NCBI RefSeq assembly: GCF_030028105.1
Contig: NC_092377.1
Location: forward strand, 161,922,104-161,986,103
DNA from: Mobula birostris
Lineage: Eukaryota
DNA: 64,000 nucleotides
Direction of reading: 5' to 3'
The notes beneath the pieces were generated by a model that saw only the letters and a list, made by a program, of their open reading frames with translations, was not told where the DNA came from and searched no databases. This document shows positions 62,160-64,000 of this stretch, one piece after another. Made by a program: the position numbers and the translations under genes. Positions within the stretch are counted from its first letter, which is position 1. Every line of letters starts with the position of its first letter.

Positions 62160-63720
62160 AGATGATAAGACATAGGAGCAGAATTAGGTCATTTAGCCCA
62201 TCAAGTCTGCTCCGCCATTCCAATATGGCTGATTTATTATCTCTCTCAACCCCATTCTCCTGCTTTCTCCCCATAACCTTTGATGCCCTGACGAATCAAG
62301 AACTTATCAACCTCCACTTTAAATATACCCCTACAGTCTATGTGGCAATGAATTCCACAGGTTCACTACGTTATGGCTAAATTCCTCCTCATCTCTGTTC
62401 TAAATGGATGTCCTTCTGTGCCCTCTGGTCCTAGGCTCCCCAACTATAGGAAACATGCTCTTCATATCCACTCTATCTAGGCCTTTCAATATCAAGTAGA
62501 TTTCAATGAGATCCCCCCTTATTCTTCTAAACTCTAGTGAACAGAGGCCTAGTGCCATCAAACATTCCTCATATCTTAACTCTTTCATTCCAGGAATTAT
62601 TCTCATGAGCCTCCTCTGGACCCTGTCCAGTGCCGGAATACCTTTTTAAAGATAATATCATCATCATTATGTCCCATGTTGTATGATGTAGGCAATCATG
62701 GTGATCATGATTGTTTTTGGCAAATTTTTCCACGGAAATGGTTTGCCATTGCCTTCTTCTGGGTAGTGGCTTTATAAGGAAGATGACTCCAAAGATGATC
62801 AATATTCTTCAGAGATTGTCTGCCTGGCATCAGTGGTCGCATAACCAGGACTTGTGATATGCACCAGCTGCTCATACGACCATTCACTGCCTGCTCCCAT
62901 GGCTTCATGTGACCTTGATTGGGGGTCCCAGAATTGCTGACGATACTCCAAGTGCGGTCTGACCAATGCCTTATAAAGCCTCAGCATTACACCCTTCCTT
63001 TTTTATTCTAGTCCTCTTGAAATGAATGTTAACATTGCATTCACCTTCCTTATCACCGACTCAACCTGCAAGTTAACCTTTAGGGAATCCTGCATGAGGA
63101 CTCCAAGTCCCTTTGCACTTCTGATTTCTGAAATTTCTCCCCATTTAGAAAATAGTCTTTGCCTTTATTCCTTCCATCAAAGTGCATGACCATACACTTC
63201 CTTTCACTATTTTCCATCTGCCACTTCTTCCTAGCTGTCCAAGTCCTTCTGCAGACTCCCTGCTTCCTCAACACCACTTGCCCTTCCACCTACCTTCATA
63301 TTGTCCACAAATTTTGACCACAAAGCCATCAATTCCATCATTCAGATCATTAACATATAAAATAAATAGCGGACCCAACACCGACTCTTGTGGAACATGA
63401 CTAGCAAAGGTACCCTTGATTCGAACTCTTTGCCTCCTGCCAACCAGCTAATCCTCTCTTTACGCTAGTATCTTTCCTGTAATACCATGAGCTTTTATCT
63501 TGTTAAGCAGCCTCTTATATGGTACCTTATCAAAGACCTTCTGAAAATCCACATAAGCAACATCTACTGACTTTCCTTTATCTATCTTGTTTGTTATTTC
63601 CTCAAAGAATTCTAACAGATTTTCCAGGCAAAATTTCCTCTTAAGGAAACCACTGACTTCAACCTATTTTATTATGTGCTTTCAAGTACTCTAATACCTC
63701 ACCCTTAATTATGGACTCCA
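62160..63720 (-). mobile_element. CR1 LINE fragment with a nested RTE-like 3' piece (62655-62925)
   Basis: [12 protein letters not shown] and LEFRRIRGDLIE; nested piece has a (GAT)n tail and resembles 27360-27705. Confidence 0.8.
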
Positions 63721-63723
63721 ACT

Positions 63724-64000
63724 GGAGGAGAAGATGGCGGCACGACAGCAGCACGCGCGGCCTCTCCAGTGAATGATATCTGTAATCTGTCAAGTAGGGT
63801 ACCGCGCACAATTCTGATTTGATGGAGATAGACGTGAGAGTACGGAGGAACATCTGGAAAACTTCTGAAATGCCCGCTTCGCTGCTGCTGTTACTGTGTG
63901 GTAACCGGAATCTCCGGAACAGAAGGCCCCGAATCCTTGGTTTTGCTTGTTTCAGCGGCCAGGGTGAGGACGAAGGCACTCGGCAGAGGGTGGCTCTCAG
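63724..64000 (+). mobile_element. Second copy of the non-autonomous element seen at 36694 (cut by the window edge)
   Basis: Shared GATTTGATGGAGA(C/T)AGACGTGAGA..GAAATGCCCGCTTCGCTGC. Confidence 0.8.

Overview
This is vertebrate genomic DNA, not prokaryotic. The repeat families (CR1, Rex1, Penelope-like, HERO, Tc1/Tigger) and the gene sequences suggest a cartilaginous fish, probably a ray (inference). The window covers the conserved CKAP2L-IL1 locus, with every gene on the minus strand. (1) The 5' five coding exons of ckap2l (22243 down to 367) are present, and the gene continues past the left edge. It has a CpG-island G2/M-type promoter and a 39-bp GC-rich coding minisatellite. (2) There is a tandem interleukin-1 beta array. 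Two copies are intact with six coding exons: copy A at 30267-34508 (290 aa) and copy C at 49669-53843 (299 aa). A deleted, pseudogenised copy B lies between them (~41280-46145), and an orphan last-exon fragment sits inside ckap2l intron 2. Copies A and C differ in start codon, upstream promoter, 3'UTR AU-rich element dosage (153-bp triplication in C) and C-terminal residues. The rest is mostly nested, decayed transposons. These include Penelope-like termini carrying minimal hammerhead-ribozyme motifs, one of which forms a palindromic double-hammerhead mini-element with a 13-bp TSD. Exon boundaries were read by eye from GT/AG sites and checked for phase; no database searches were run.
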